Positions 1 to 9,832 of a stretch of 32,000 nucleotides of DNA are shown here, piece after piece. The position numbers were made by a program, and so were the translations under genes. The stretch comes from Formosa sp. Hel1_33_131 (GTDB lineage: Bacteria > Bacteroidota > Bacteroidia > Flavobacteriales > Flavobacteriaceae), in the NCBI RefSeq assembly GCF_001735745.1, contig NZ_CP017260.1:1620001-1652000 (forward strand), written 5' to 3'. Position 1 is the first letter of the stretch. Every line of letters starts with the position of its first letter. The notes under the pieces are model-generated. The model saw only the letters and a program-made list of their open reading frames with translations. It made no database searches and had not been told where the DNA came from.

Positions 1-24
1 TTAACCTAAAAGTAAAGAAACAAA

Positions 25-504
25 ATGTCAAAATTTAAAAAGAAAACTGACGGAGGCATACCAGCGATTTCCACGGCTTCGCTTCCAGATATTGTATTTA
101 TGTTGCTGTTCTTTTTTATGGTAGCTACCGTGATGCGTGAAAATTCACTCAAAATTAAAAACGCACTTCCTGTTGCCAATCAAGTAGAGAAACTCGACAA
201 GAAAAACCCAGTGAGTTATATTTATATGGGCAAACCAAGTGACGGTTTCGAAAAATATGGCACAGAATCAAGAATTCAACTCAACGATCAATTTGCAGAA
301 CTTTCAGAAGTTGGCGCATTTATTGGAGCTGAAAGAGCCGCTTTAAGAGAGGAATTAATTCCATTTCTTACCGTTGCCCTTAAAGTCGATAAAGAAGCCA
401 ACATGGGAATTGTAGGCGATGTCAAGCAAGAACTTAGAAAAGTAAACGCACTCAAAATCAACTATACCACAGGGGTAGGTGATGCGATGAAAAATATGGA
501 ATAA
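25..504 (+). CDS. exbD: Biopolymer transport protein ExbD/TolR family
   Basis: 159-aa ORF. The N-terminal basic segment followed by a single TM helix (LPDIVFMLLFFFMVATV) is the typical ExbD/TolR signature, with a periplasmic C-domain. Followed by a strong intrinsic terminator. Confidence 0.85.
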   Translation: MSKFKKKTDGGIPAISTASLPDIVFMLLFFFMVATVMRENSLKIKNALPVANQVEKLDKKNPVSYIYMGKPSDGFEKYGTESRIQLNDQFAELSEVGAFIGAERAALREELIPFLTVALKVDKEANMGIVGDVKQELRKVNALKINYTTGVGDAMKNME

Positions 505-528
505 TAAACGATTCTGAAATATTTAAAA

Positions 529-557
529 AGGCATTCTACTCAGAATGCCTTTTTTTA
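529..557 (+). terminator. Rho-independent terminator after exbD
   Basis: 9-bp perfect stem AGGCATTCT/AGAATGCCT (529-537 / 542-550), 4-nt loop, then a T-run. Confidence 0.7.
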
Positions 558-590
558 TTTAATTTAGTACCATAAATAAGGACACCCTTT

Positions 591-1274
591 ATGAAACCTC
601 GTATATTTTTACTGCTATTTTTGACCTGTTTTGTGGATGCATTCGCGCAATCCAACAAAGCAACCGAATCGGATAGTTTATATAGAGAAGATCAAATTTA
701 CATTGGCGTGACCTATAATGCACTCATGAATTTACCCAATGGCGTCTCTCAAAGCAGTTTCTCCACGGGGTTTCATTTAGGCGTTATTAGAGATTTCCCT
801 ATTAACACACGCCGCAATCTAGCCATCGGTTTAGGGCTTGGTTATTCGATCAATACTTTTAATCAAAACATTAGAATTAGCACAACAACACCAACGACCT
901 ATACCATTTTAGAGGGGATAGATCATTCCAAAAACAATTTTTCGCAACACCTTTTAGAAGTTCCTTTAGAATTTCGCTGGCGAACATCTAATGCAGAGAC
1001 TTATAAGTTTTGGCGAATATATACAGGCGTAAAATTAGGCTATGTGTTGGTTTCTAAATCTGTTTACAAAGGAGAACCAGGGGATGAAACACACAGAGGC
1101 TTGAAAGGAATGAACCCATGGCAGTACGGATTAACCTTGAGTGTGGGTTATAACACTTGGAACGGTTATATCTATTATGGTTTGAACCCGATTTTTGATT
1201 CTGTTTCTTCGACAAATTTTCAATCTATAGACATGAATGCGTTGAAAATCGGCTTAATTTTCTATCTATTATAG
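591..1274 (+). CDS. Outer-membrane beta-barrel protein (porin/PorT-like family), secreted
   Basis: Signal peptide MKPRIFLLLFLTCFVDAFAQ. Alternating hydrophobic/aromatic beta-strand pattern with Gly/Tyr-rich strands (GLGLGYSIN, YTGVKLGYV, LTLSVGYN). Size of ~227 aa is typical of small 8-10-strand OM barrels. Confidence 0.6.
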   Translation: MKPRIFLLLFLTCFVDAFAQSNKATESDSLYREDQIYIGVTYNALMNLPNGVSQSSFSTGFHLGVIRDFPINTRRNLAIGLGLGYSINTFNQNIRISTTTPTTYTILEGIDHSKNNFSQHLLEVPLEFRWRTSNAETYKFWRIYTGVKLGYVLVSKSVYKGEPGDETHRGLKGMNPWQYGLTLSVGYNTWNGYIYYGLNPIFDSVSSTNFQSIDMNALKIGLIFYLL

Positions 1275-1877
1275 CCAGTGATTTAATAGCAGCAACTGAG
1301 GCACCACTCCAATAACAAGTCCTGCCACAAGTTCTTTGACGGTATGTGCATTTAAATGCAATCGAGAACTCGCCATCGCTCCCATTACAATGATAAAGAG
1401 TGCAAACGCATTGCTAAAAGAATACCCATAATGCAAATTAACTAGTACCATAAAAAAGAAAGCACCACCAGTACTCATCATGTGAATACTTGTTTTAAAC
1501 TTCAATAACGCCAACACCATTCCTGAAATCGCTGTCATCATAGCTCCTAAGAATAAATAATGCAATTCGACACAGATAGGTTCTGGTAAAACACCAAAAC
1601 TTAGGTATCCTAAAATTATACTATTTAATAGTAAGGGCCAAATGCGTTCTTTGGAGGTTTTCAGATCAATACTCTGGACGGTGTTTAATTTTTTCAAAAT
1701 AAAATACAAAACTAGAGGCACTACAAGACTCCAAAGAATAATTGAAAGCAACCAAAAACTGATTTTAATAGGATGGTATTGAAGTGGTGTTACTGTAAAA
1801 AAATACACAGCACCCATCCACGGCATTAGCAAGGGATGTAAAATATAAGAGATGCTTTTTAAAAAGGAAGTTAACAT
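1269..1877 (-). CDS. Polytopic membrane protein, PAP2-like with degenerate motifs
   Basis: 202 aa with ~6 predicted TM helices. The C-terminal SRLHLNAHTVKE resembles PAP2 motif 3 (SR-x5-H-x3-D/E). Motifs 1 and 2 are poorly conserved, so the functional call is tentative. Confidence 0.5.
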   Translation of the reverse strand: MLTSFLKSISYILHPLLMPWMGAVYFFTVTPLQYHPIKISFWLLSIILWSLVVPLVLYFILKKLNTVQSIDLKTSKERIWPLLLNSIILGYLSFGVLPEPICVELHYLFLGAMMTAISGMVLALLKFKTSIHMMSTGGAFFFMVLVNLHYGYSFSNAFALFIIVMGAMASSRLHLNAHTVKELVAGLVIGVVPQLLLLNHWL

Positions 1878-2018
1878 AGGTAGGATTCGTTCACGTAATA
1901 TTACTAAAAAAAAAGTATTTATGGGACCTGTAAGACGAAAAACAAACCTATAATTTTAAGAATCCTACCTAAACGCAAAATGACCTGCGTTATTCGGTGG
2001 CTTTTTGTTTAAATTTCT

Positions 2019-2026
2019 TAATTTTG
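2019..2026 (+). promoter_or_regulatory. Candidate Bacteroidota sigma-A -7 box (TAatTTTG) upstream of ileS
   Basis: Matches the TAnnTTTG consensus 22 nt upstream of the ileS ATG. No well-spaced -33 TTG was found, so support is weak. Confidence 0.25.
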
Positions 2027-2047
2027 CGACCTTAATAGCAATGAATA

Positions 2048-5000
2048 ATGAGCGCGACATTTCCTGAGTATAAAGGACTTAACTTACCAAACGTAGCAGA
2101 CGAGATGCTGAAGTTTTGGGAGGAACATGATATTTTTGACAAAAGCATTACCACTCGAGAAGGGAAACCTCCTTATGTTTTTTTTGAAGGCCCTCCATCC
2201 GCCAATGGATTGCCAGGGGTACATCATGTTTTGGCACGTGCTATAAAAGATATTTTTCCGCGTTATAAAACCATGAAAGGGTTTCAAGTAAAGCGTAAAG
2301 CCGGTTGGGACACGCACGGACTCCCTATCGAGTTGGGTGTTGAAAAAGAATTGGGAATTACCAAAGAAGACATCGGTAAAACCATCTCTGTAGAAGACTA
2401 TAACGCTGCCTGTAGAACCGCGGTGATGCGTTACACAGACATCTGGAATGACCTTACCCAAAAAATGGGTTACTGGGTCAATATGGACGACCCTTATGTT
2501 ACTTACGATCCAAAATACATGGAAAGTGTATGGTGGCTTCTAAAACAAATTTACAACAAGAACCTTATTTATAAAGGCTATACCATTCAACCCTATTCGC
2601 CAAAAGCGGGCACAGGTTTAAGCTCCCACGAGCTGAATCAACCAGGGACGTATCAAGATGTTACAGACACCACCATTGTAGCACAATTTAAAGCAAACGA
2701 AGCATCCCTCCCAGAATTCTTACAGAACGAAGGGCCTGTTTTATTTTTAGCATGGACCACAACTCCGTGGACCTTGCCGAGTAATACGGCTTTAACCGTA
2801 GGGCCAAAAATTGAATATGTACTCGTAAAGACCTATAATCAATACACCTTTGAAGCGACCAATGTGGTGGTCGCAAAAGCTTTGGTTGGGGAACAATTTA
2901 ATGGAAAGTTCAAAGAAGTAGAAAATGCAGAAGGTCTGGAAGGCTATCAGTCTTCAAGCAAAACCATCCCATTTTACATTGTAAAATCGTTTATAGGAAA
3001 AGACCTTGTAGGAATTTCTTATGAGCAATTGTTAGATTACGCATTACCAAACGACAACCCAGAAAATGCATTCCGAATTATTTCAGGTGATTTTGTAACC
3101 ACTGAAGATGGAACTGGAATTGTACATACTGCGCCTACATTTGGGGCTGATGATGCGATTGTTGCCAAGCAAGCAATTCCTGAAATCCCACCATTATTGG
3201 TAAAAGATGCGGACGGTAATTTAGTACCACTTGTAGATTTACAAGGACGTTTCAGACCTGAAGTTGCAGAATTTGCAGGACGTTTTGTGAAAAACGAATA
3301 CTATCCAGAAGGCGAAGCCCCCGAAAAATCGGTGGATGTCGAGCTGGCAATTAAGTTAAAAATTGAAAATAAAGCCTTTAAGGTTGAAAAATATAAGCAC
3401 AGTTATCCAAATTGTTGGAGAACCGATAAGCCTATTTTATATTACCCATTAGACTCTTGGTTTATAAAAGTAACCGACGTCAAGGATCGCATGTTTGATC
3501 TGAATCAAACGATCAATTGGAAGCCAAAAAGTACGGGCGAAGGTCGTTTTGGCAACTGGTTAGCAAATGCAAATGACTGGAATTTGTCACGCTCTCGCTA
3601 TTGGGGAATTCCCCTTCCAATATGGAGGACTGAAGACGGAAAAGAAGAAATATGTATTGGTTCTGTGGAAGAACTCAAAGCAGAAATGCAAAAAGCAGTG
3701 CAAGCAGGAGTTTTAGAAAATGACATTTTTGAAGATTTTGTAGTCGGCGATCAATCGCTTGAAAATTACTCCAAAATCGATTTGCATAAAAATATTGTGG
3801 ATGCCATTACCTTAGTGTCTCCTTCTGGAAAGCCAATGCACCGCGAAAGTGATTTGATTGATGTATGGTTTGACTCTGGAAGTATGCCGTATGCTCAATG
3901 GCATTATCCATTTGAAAACAAAGACCTTATTGATCAAAACAAAGCATTTCCAGCAGATTTTATTGCGGAAGGTGTCGATCAAACACGAGGTTGGTTTTAT
4001 ACGCTTCATGCGATCGCAACCATGGTTTTTGATTCTGTGGCTTATAAAAATGTGGTTTCTAACGGCTTAGTTTTAGACAAAAACGGACAGAAAATGTCCA
4101 AACGTTTGGGCAATGCAACCGATCCTTTTGAAACTTTATCCATTTACGGCGCAGATACAACACGCTGGTATATGATTAGCAATGCGAATCCGTGGGATAA
4201 TTTAAAATTTGATAGTGAAGGTATTGAAGAAGTGAAACGTAAGTTTTTCGGAACCTTATACAATACTTATACATTTTTCACTCTCTATGCAAATATTGAT
4301 AAATTCAGCTATGCGGAGGCGGACATTTCAACTGAAGACCGTCCAGAAATTGACCGCTGGATTTTATCAGAATTAAACTCATTAATTGAGAAAGTGGATG
4401 CCTATTATGCGGACTATGAGCCCACAAAAGCAGCCCGTGTTATTTCAGAATTTACACAAGAATATTTAAGCAACTGGTATGTCCGCCTCAGTAGAAGACG
4501 CTTCTGGAAAGGGGAGTATCAAACCGATAAAATATCCGCTTATCAAACCTTATACACCTGTATGTTAACCATTGCGAAGTTGGGAGCTCCTATCGCGCCT
4601 TTCTTTATGGATCGTTTGTATTTAGATTTGAATTCAGCAACACACAAAGAAACCTTTGAAAGTATCCATTTAGCAGATTTCCCATCGGCAGACACAACGC
4701 TCATCGATAAAAATTTAGAGCGTAAAATGGAGCAAGCACAAACAATTTCATCCTTAGTCTTGTCTTTACGCGCAAAAGAAAAAATCAAAGTTCGACAGCC
4801 TTTACAAAAAATCATGATTCCGGTGAATTCCACCATTCAAAAAGAAGATATTTTAGCGATTGCCGACTTGGTAAAACACGAAGTCAATGTGAAAGAAGTT
4901 GAATTGTTAGAAGATGCATCCGATATTTTGGTGAAACAAATCAAGCCAAATTTTAAAGCTTTGGGCCCACGATTTGGAAAGGACATGAAGTTAATTGCCA

Positions 5001-5455
5001 ATGCCATTCAAAACCTAAAACCCGAAGACATCAAGGAAATTGAAGAAAAAGGAGAGTTAGGTATTGAAATTAATGGAAAAAGTATTAATTTGGAGCGCAA
5101 TGATGTAGAGATTACCTCTCAAGATATCGAAGGATGGTTGGTAGCCAATCAAGGAGCCGTAACGGTCGCTTTGGATGTTACCATTTCGGAAGCTTTAAAA
5201 GAGGAAGGAATCGCGAGAGAATTGGTCAATAGAATTCAAAATTTAAGAAAAGATTCTGGATTTGAACTCACCGATCGAATTGAGGTTTATTTACAATCAG
5301 AAGTTGCTATCGATAACGCTGTAAAACAAAATTTAGAATATATTAAACTAGAAACATTAACGGAAGAGCTACACTTAGTAGCACAACTAGATAAGGGTGT
5401 TGACATTTCTTTTGATGCGATTAACACCAAGTTGTATATCCAAAAATCCATATAA
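2048..5455 (+). CDS. ileS: Isoleucine--tRNA ligase (type 2, long form)
   Basis: 1135 aa. Class I HIGH region (PPSANGLPGVHHVLAR), KMSKS motif (KMSKRLGN), CP1 editing-domain signature (WTTTPWTLPSN), and WFDSGSMPYAQ. The antisense ORFs inside it are shadows. Confidence 0.97.
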   Translation: MSATFPEYKGLNLPNVADEMLKFWEEHDIFDKSITTREGKPPYVFFEGPPSANGLPGVHHVLARAIKDIFPRYKTMKGFQVKRKAGWDTHGLPIELGVEKELGITKEDIGKTISVEDYNAACRTAVMRYTDIWNDLTQKMGYWVNMDDPYVTYDPKYMESVWWLLKQIYNKNLIYKGYTIQPYSPKAGTGLSSHELNQPGTYQDVTDTTIVAQFKANEASLPEFLQNEGPVLFLAWTTTPWTLPSNTALTVGPKIEYVLVKTYNQYTFEATNVVVAKALVGEQFNGKFKEVENAEGLEGYQSSSKTIPFYIVKSFIGKDLVGISYEQLLDYALPNDNPENAFRIISGDFVTTEDGTGIVHTAPTFGADDAIVAKQAIPEIPPLLVKDADGNLVPLVDLQGRFRPEVAEFAGRFVKNEYYPEGEAPEKSVDVELAIKLKIENKAFKVEKYKHSYPNCWRTDKPILYYPLDSWFIKVTDVKDRMFDLNQTINWKPKSTGEGRFGNWLANANDWNLSRSRYWGIPLPIWRTEDGKEEICIGSVEELKAEMQKAVQAGVLENDIFEDFVVGDQSLENYSKIDLHKNIVDAITLVSPSGKPMHRESDLIDVWFDSGSMPYAQWHYPFENKDLIDQNKAFPADFIAEGVDQTRGWFYTLHAIATMVFDSVAYKNVVSNGLVLDKNGQKMSKRLGNATDPFETLSIYGADTTRWYMISNANPWDNLKFDSEGIEEVKRKFFGTLYNTYTFFTLYANIDKFSYAEADISTEDRPEIDRWILSELNSLIEKVDAYYADYEPTKAARVISEFTQEYLSNWYVRLSRRRFWKGEYQTDKISAYQTLYTCMLTIAKLGAPIAPFFMDRLYLDLNSATHKETFESIHLADFPSADTTLIDKNLERKMEQAQTISSLVLSLRAKEKIKVRQPLQKIMIPVNSTIQKEDILAIADLVKHEVNVKEVELLEDASDILVKQIKPNFKALGPRFGKDMKLIANAIQNLKPEDIKEIEEKGELGIEINGKSINLERNDVEITSQDIEGWLVANQGAVTVALDVTISEALKEEGIARELVNRIQNLRKDSGFELTDRIEVYLQSEVAIDNAVKQNLEYIKLETLTEELHLVAQLDKGVDISFDAINTKLYIQKSI

Positions 5456-5457
5456 TT

Positions 5458-5838
5458 ATGTCCATTGAAAATACAAGTAGATATTCGGATAACGATTTAG
5501 AAGAATTCAAAATACTCATTCTTAAAAAAATCGAGAAGGCACAGCACGATTTAGACCTTATTAAAAGTGCTTATATGAATGATTTAAACAACGGCACTGA
5601 AGATACGTCGCCAACGTTTAAAGCTTTTGATGAAGGCAGTCAAGTGATGAGTAAAGAATCAAATTCGCAATTGGCCATCCGTCAAGAGAAGTTTATTAGA
5701 GACCTGAAAAACGCCTTGAACAGAATTGAAAACAAGACGTATGGTGTTTGTAGAGTGACTAAAAAACTCATCAACAAAAATCGTTTGTTGTTAGTTCCAC
5801 ACGCGACTTTAAGTATTGAAGCAAAGAATATGCAATAA
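5458..5838 (+). CDS. DksA/TraR-family protein (degenerate zinc finger)
   Basis: 126 aa, starting 2 nt after the ileS stop. Coiled-coil N-terminal region and C-terminal YGVCRVT...RL..VPHATLSIEA, which aligns to the DksA C4 finger but keeps only one Cys. Confidence 0.8.
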   Translation: MSIENTSRYSDNDLEEFKILILKKIEKAQHDLDLIKSAYMNDLNNGTEDTSPTFKAFDEGSQVMSKESNSQLAIRQEKFIRDLKNALNRIENKTYGVCRVTKKLINKNRLLLVPHATLSIEAKNMQ

Positions 5839-5842
5839 TAAA

Positions 5843-6469
5843 ATGTCTAAAAAACAGACACTTTTATTAGTCGCGGTGATTCTTTTTATAGATCAAGCCT
5901 CAAAAATATACATCAAAACCCACTTTGAGCTAGGGCAAGAACTGAGGGTTTTTGAAGGATTCAGAATATTTTTTATTGAAAATGAAGGCATGGCGTGGGG
6001 CGCCAAACTCAGTGATATTTCTTCTTATATATCCGATTCGAGTGCCAAATTATTTTTAACCATTTTTAGAATTTTTGCTGTTTGTGGCATTGGTTATTGG
6101 CTGAATCAAAGCCTCCAGAAAATGACTTCCAAAACTCTGACTGTGGCGTTAGCATTGGTTTTTTCGGGAGCGTTGGGAAATATTATCGACTCCGTTTTTT
6201 ACGGTATTATTTTCGATGGAAGTTTGGGACAAACGGCGACCTTATTTGCCTCGGAAGGCTATGGAGATCTATTTCATGGCAAAGTAGTGGACATGCTTTA
6301 TTTTCCTTTATTTAAAGGCTATTTCCCCGAATGGATTCCATTTGTCGGAGGGAATTACTTCTCCTTTTTTGACCCTGTTTTTAACGTTGCAGATATAGCG
6401 ATTAGTACGGGCGTTGGATTGCTTTTAGTGTTTAATAAAAAAGTATTCCCAAAGTCCTTAACGACTTAA
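5843..6469 (+). CDS. lspA: Lipoprotein signal peptidase (signal peptidase II)
   Basis: Motifs ENEGMAWG and FNVADIAISTG are characteristic of LspA, with 4 TM helices. The conserved ileS-lspA linkage is present. ATG at 5843 (MSKKQTLLL) is preferred over the track start 5816, which overlaps the upstream gene. Confidence 0.9.
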   Translation: MSKKQTLLLVAVILFIDQASKIYIKTHFELGQELRVFEGFRIFFIENEGMAWGAKLSDISSYISDSSAKLFLTIFRIFAVCGIGYWLNQSLQKMTSKTLTVALALVFSGALGNIIDSVFYGIIFDGSLGQTATLFASEGYGDLFHGKVVDMLYFPLFKGYFPEWIPFVGGNYFSFFDPVFNVADIAISTGVGLLLVFNKKVFPKSLTT

Positions 6470-7029
6470 AACGTATAAATTTTTTCTGGAGTCACACAAT
6501 AATCTAAAGGGATGTCATGCGGTTCAATTCCGTCTATGGCTGCCTCAGCTTCAAAAAATGAAAGTCCAATTTTTAAAGTATCTTTTGAACAGTTTTTTAA
6601 AAACTCATCATAAAACCCTTTTCCATACCCAATACGATTTCCTTTTACATCAAAAGCCACTAAAGGAATAAACACGACCTCTATTTGTTCATTACTAATA
6701 GGGATGCCATTTTCAGGTTCTGGTATGTTCCACGAATTTGGTTTAAGAATGGTATTGTCTTGTAATAACACATGCGACATGGTTCGGGTTTTAAAGTCGC
6801 TTTTAGACACCACAATGTGTTTGTCCTTCCCTGATAGAATCGATAAGATTGGTTCCGTGAGGACTTCTTTTAAAGATTCAATTGTTAAAAATACATGAAA
6901 AAATGAATATTTCCATATTGGAAGTTCAAGGACTGAGTTTGCGATTTGAAGACTCAAATCGTTCATCTGTTTGGAACTTAGTTTCTTTCGAAGTTTTTTG
7001 TAGTGTGTTCTTAATTCTGATTTTTTCAC
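6466..7029 (-). CDS. 5-formyltetrahydrofolate cyclo-ligase
   Basis: 187 aa with an N-terminal K/R-rich LRxxLRKKR-like segment and the GYGKGFYD motif typical of MTHFS. The start at 7029 is GTG, so the start coordinate is less certain. Confidence 0.8.
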   Translation of the reverse strand: MKKSELRTHYKKLRKKLSSKQMNDLSLQIANSVLELPIWKYSFFHVFLTIESLKEVLTEPILSILSGKDKHIVVSKSDFKTRTMSHVLLQDNTILKPNSWNIPEPENGIPISNEQIEVVFIPLVAFDVKGNRIGYGKGFYDEFLKNCSKDTLKIGLSFFEAEAAIDGIEPHDIPLDYCVTPEKIYTF

Positions 7030-7065
7030 TCTATAGTTTTTGTTGAAACATAAATAAGCACACCA

Positions 7066-7944
7066 CTATGAGTGTCTATTTCTTTCAATATAAGTTATAA
7101 TAGCTTGTGCGATATTTTTTTTCGATGCCCCTTCAATCCCTTCGAGCCCTGGGGTTGAATTGATTTCCATAATTAAAGGTCCACGGTTCGATTGTAAAAT
7201 ATCGACCCCACAAATGGGTAATTTCAATTTTTGAGCCGCTTTCAAAGCAAGCTTAATTTCTTCTTCGTTGAGTTTGTGATAGGTATAAGTTCCCCCTCTG
7301 TGAAGATTAGATCTAAATTCGCCCTCTTTTCCTTGGCGTTTCATACCGCCTACCACCTGATTATCTACAATCAAGGCACGTAAATCGCTGCCCTTAGCTT
7401 CTGCAATATACTCTTGTACAAGTGCTCTCGCTTCCAATCCGTTAAAAGCTTCTAGTACAGACTCAGCTGCGTTTTTGGTTTCTGCCAAAACCACACCAAT
7501 CCCTTGCGTACCTTCCAACAATTTGATGACCACAGGAGTTCCGCCGACATGAGAAATCACTTTTTCTACATCAAAAGAATAATTGGTAAATACAGTTTTA
7601 GGCATATCTACACCCGCTTTGGAAAGGTGTTGAAAACTCCTTAGTTTGTCTCTAGAACGGATAATAGCATCTGAGGAAACGGTCGAAAACACATTCATCA
7701 TTTCAAACTGTCGGACCACTGCACAACCATAATAGGTTACAGAAGCGCCAATGCGCGGAATGATCGCATCTACATAATCCAGATATTTATCGTTATGAGA
7801 AACCGTTGGTTTTTCTTTTTCAATAATCAAATCGCATTCCAAAGGGTCAATCACTTCTACTAGGTGATTCCGACGTTCTCCTTCCTCAACAAGTCTTTGA
7901 GTTGAGTATAGATCTTTATTACGCGATAATATTACAATATTCAT
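7066..7944 (-). CDS. rimK: RimK-family alpha-L-glutamate ligase (ATP-grasp)
   Basis: 292 aa. The N-terminus MNIVILSRNKDLYSTQRLVEEG closely resembles RimK. ATP-grasp motifs are present (VIKLLEGTQGIGV, GSDLRALIV, EINSTPGLEGIE). Confidence 0.85.
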   Translation of the reverse strand: MNIVILSRNKDLYSTQRLVEEGERRNHLVEVIDPLECDLIIEKEKPTVSHNDKYLDYVDAIIPRIGASVTYYGCAVVRQFEMMNVFSTVSSDAIIRSRDKLRSFQHLSKAGVDMPKTVFTNYSFDVEKVISHVGGTPVVIKLLEGTQGIGVVLAETKNAAESVLEAFNGLEARALVQEYIAEAKGSDLRALIVDNQVVGGMKRQGKEGEFRSNLHRGGTYTYHKLNEEEIKLALKAAQKLKLPICGVDILQSNRGPLIMEINSTPGLEGIEGASKKNIAQAIITYIERNRHS

Positions 7945-8029
7945 GATATCGGATGGTTATACCCTTGCAAGATACTAAAAATGCAAATTCAATTTTTACA
8001 ATCGTTGGAATTAATATATCTTTGAATTA

Positions 8030-9832
8030 ATGAGTAATTCCAACATAGAGCTTCAATTAAAAACCTTGCCCAACACGCCTGGCGTCTATCAATTTTATGA
8101 CGCTGCAGGCGTGGTCATCTATGTAGGTAAAGCAAAAAATTTAAAAAATCGGGTGCGCTCGTATTTTAATAAAGTGCATGACTACGGAAAAACAAATGTG
8201 CTTGTTAAAAAAATTGTTGAGATTAAGCACATTGTCGTAGAGACGGAAACGGATGCCTTATTGCTTGAAAATAATCTGATAAAAAAATACCAGCCTCGCT
8301 ATAATGTGCTCTTAAAAGATGATAAATCCTACCCTTGGATTTGCATTAAAAAAGAACCTTTTCCGAGAGTGTTTCAAACTCGACGTATGATTAAAGATGG
8401 GTCTGAATATTTTGGACCCTATACCAGTATCAAAACGGTATATACGCTTTTAGATCTGATAAAAGGTCTGTTTCCTCTTCGTACCTGTAAGTACGATTTA
8501 TCTAAAGAAAAAATTCACAATCAGAAATATAAAGTATGTTTGGAGTACCATTTAGGCAACTGTAAAGGGGCTTGTGAAGCCAGAGAAGCCGAAGCCTCCT
8601 ATTTAGAAAACATTGCTACGATTCGCGAAATCTTAAAAGGAAATTTTAAAAATTCAATCTCTGTTTTTAAATCTCAAATGAAAACATTTGCAGAAAATTT
8701 AGAGTTTGAAGCGGCACAATCCTTGAAAGAAAAATTACAAGTTCTTGAAAATTATCAAGCAAAATCAACCATTGTGAATCCTAAAATTAGCAATGTAGAT
8801 GTGTTTTCAATTGTGAGCGATGAAAGTTATGCCTATGTCAACTTTTTACAACTTTCTTATGGAGCGATCATTCGGTCGCATACCATGGAGCTGAAAAAGA
8901 AACTTCAAGAAAGCGATCAAGCGTTGTTAGAACTTGCCATTACAGAAATGCGTCAACGTTTTGCGCTCGAATCCAAAGATATTTATGTGCCTTTTGAAGT
9001 CAATTTAGGGCCAGATTTCAGGATCACTATTCCCAAAGTAGGGGATAAAAAACAGTTGATTGATCTGTCGCTACGGAATGCGAAGTACCAACGCCTGGAA
9101 CAATTAAAGCAGGTTAAAATAACAGATCCCGACCGTCATGTAGATCGGATCATGGCGCAGATGAAATCAGACTTGAGACTTTCAGAAGCACCAACCCATA
9201 TTGAATGTTTTGACAATTCAAATATTCAAGGAACACACCCCGTAGCCGCTTGTGTTGTTTTTAAAAACGGAAAACCGAGCAAAAAAGAATACCGTAATTT
9301 TAATATTAAAACAGTCGAAGGTCCTGATGATTATGCTTCTATGACCGAGGTGGTTTACCGACGCTATAAACGCTTGCTAGAGGAAAAACTGCCCTTGCCA
9401 CAGTTAATAATCATTGATGGAGGGAAAGGGCAATTATCTGCTGCTTTAAAGAGTTTGGACGATTTAGAGCTGCGTGGAAAAATTGCAATCATCGGAATTG
9501 CAAAACGTTTGGAAGAATTATTCTATCCAAATGATCCAATTCCCTTATATTTAGACAAAAAAAGCGAAACACTAAAAATTATACAGCAACTCCGGAATGA
9601 AGCGCATCGATTTGGAATTGAGCATCATCGAAACAAACGAAGTAAAACGGCCTTAAACTCGGAGTTGGAATCTATAGTTGGTATTGGAGACAAAACAATT
9701 TTAGAGTTATTAAAAAATTTCAAGTCTGCACAACGTGTTTCATTTGCAGCCTTAGATGAATTAGAGCAAGTTATTGGAGTGTCAAAAGCTCATATTATTT
9801 ATAATTACTATCAAAATAAACCCCATGCGTAA
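8030..9832 (+). CDS. uvrC: Excinuclease ABC subunit C
   Basis: 600 aa. GIY-YIG N-terminus (GVYQFYD...IYVGKAKNLKNRVRSY), a UVR domain (LEFEAAQSLKEKLQVLE), an endonuclease V-like domain (IECFDNSNIQG) and a C-terminal HhH. Confidence 0.95.
   Translation: MSNSNIELQLKTLPNTPGVYQFYDAAGVVIYVGKAKNLKNRVRSYFNKVHDYGKTNVLVKKIVEIKHIVVETETDALLLENNLIKKYQPRYNVLLKDDKSYPWICIKKEPFPRVFQTRRMIKDGSEYFGPYTSIKTVYTLLDLIKGLFPLRTCKYDLSKEKIHNQKYKVCLEYHLGNCKGACEAREAEASYLENIATIREILKGNFKNSISVFKSQMKTFAENLEFEAAQSLKEKLQVLENYQAKSTIVNPKISNVDVFSIVSDESYAYVNFLQLSYGAIIRSHTMELKKKLQESDQALLELAITEMRQRFALESKDIYVPFEVNLGPDFRITIPKVGDKKQLIDLSLRNAKYQRLEQLKQVKITDPDRHVDRIMAQMKSDLRLSEAPTHIECFDNSNIQGTHPVAACVVFKNGKPSKKEYRNFNIKTVEGPDDYASMTEVVYRRYKRLLEEKLPLPQLIIIDGGKGQLSAALKSLDDLELRGKIAIIGIAKRLEELFYPNDPIPLYLDKKSETLKIIQQLRNEAHRFGIEHHRNKRSKTALNSELESIVGIGDKTILELLKNFKSAQRVSFAALDELEQVIGVSKAHIIYNYYQNKPHA

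Noticed and set aside
1877-1972. 12-bp perfect inverted repeat TAGGTAGGATTC / GAATCCTACCTA (1877-1888 and 1961-1972) in the divergent region upstream of ileS. It was considered as an attenuator, riboswitch or T-box-like leader.
   Set aside because: The arms are 72 nt apart with no supporting secondary pairing and no specifier or T-box-like conserved elements. The left arm overlaps the start codon of the opposite-strand gene. One such 12-mer pair is within chance expectation for this window.
2084-4836. Five ORFs of 62-125 aa within ileS, four antisense and one in an alternate + frame (2084-2461, 2688-2876, 3812-4009, 3858-4070, 4543-4836).
   Set aside because: They lie entirely within a strongly supported 1135-aa conserved CDS. 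Their translations are low-complexity or basic with no motifs. They are typical shadow ORFs.
5816-5842. Upstream extensions of track ORFs: lspA from 5816, patatin from 9774, M23 from 13763, TBDR from 16868 (TTG), endonuclease I from 20657 (TTG) and AraC from 26153 (TTG).
   Set aside because: The extensions overlap the preceding gene or start at non-ATG codons. In each case an internal ATG gives a canonical signal peptide, lipobox or N-terminus. The internal ATGs were used, and residual start uncertainty is noted in the features.
8017-8024. TAnnTTTG-like boxes close to start codons: uvrC at 8017-8024, endonuclease I at 20652-20659 and TBDR B at 27515-27522.
   Set aside because: Each matches only the -7 consensus, with no properly spaced -33 TTG. 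Two would imply near-leaderless transcripts. The motif is common by chance in AT-rich DNA, so they were not listed as features, except where mentioned in the findings.
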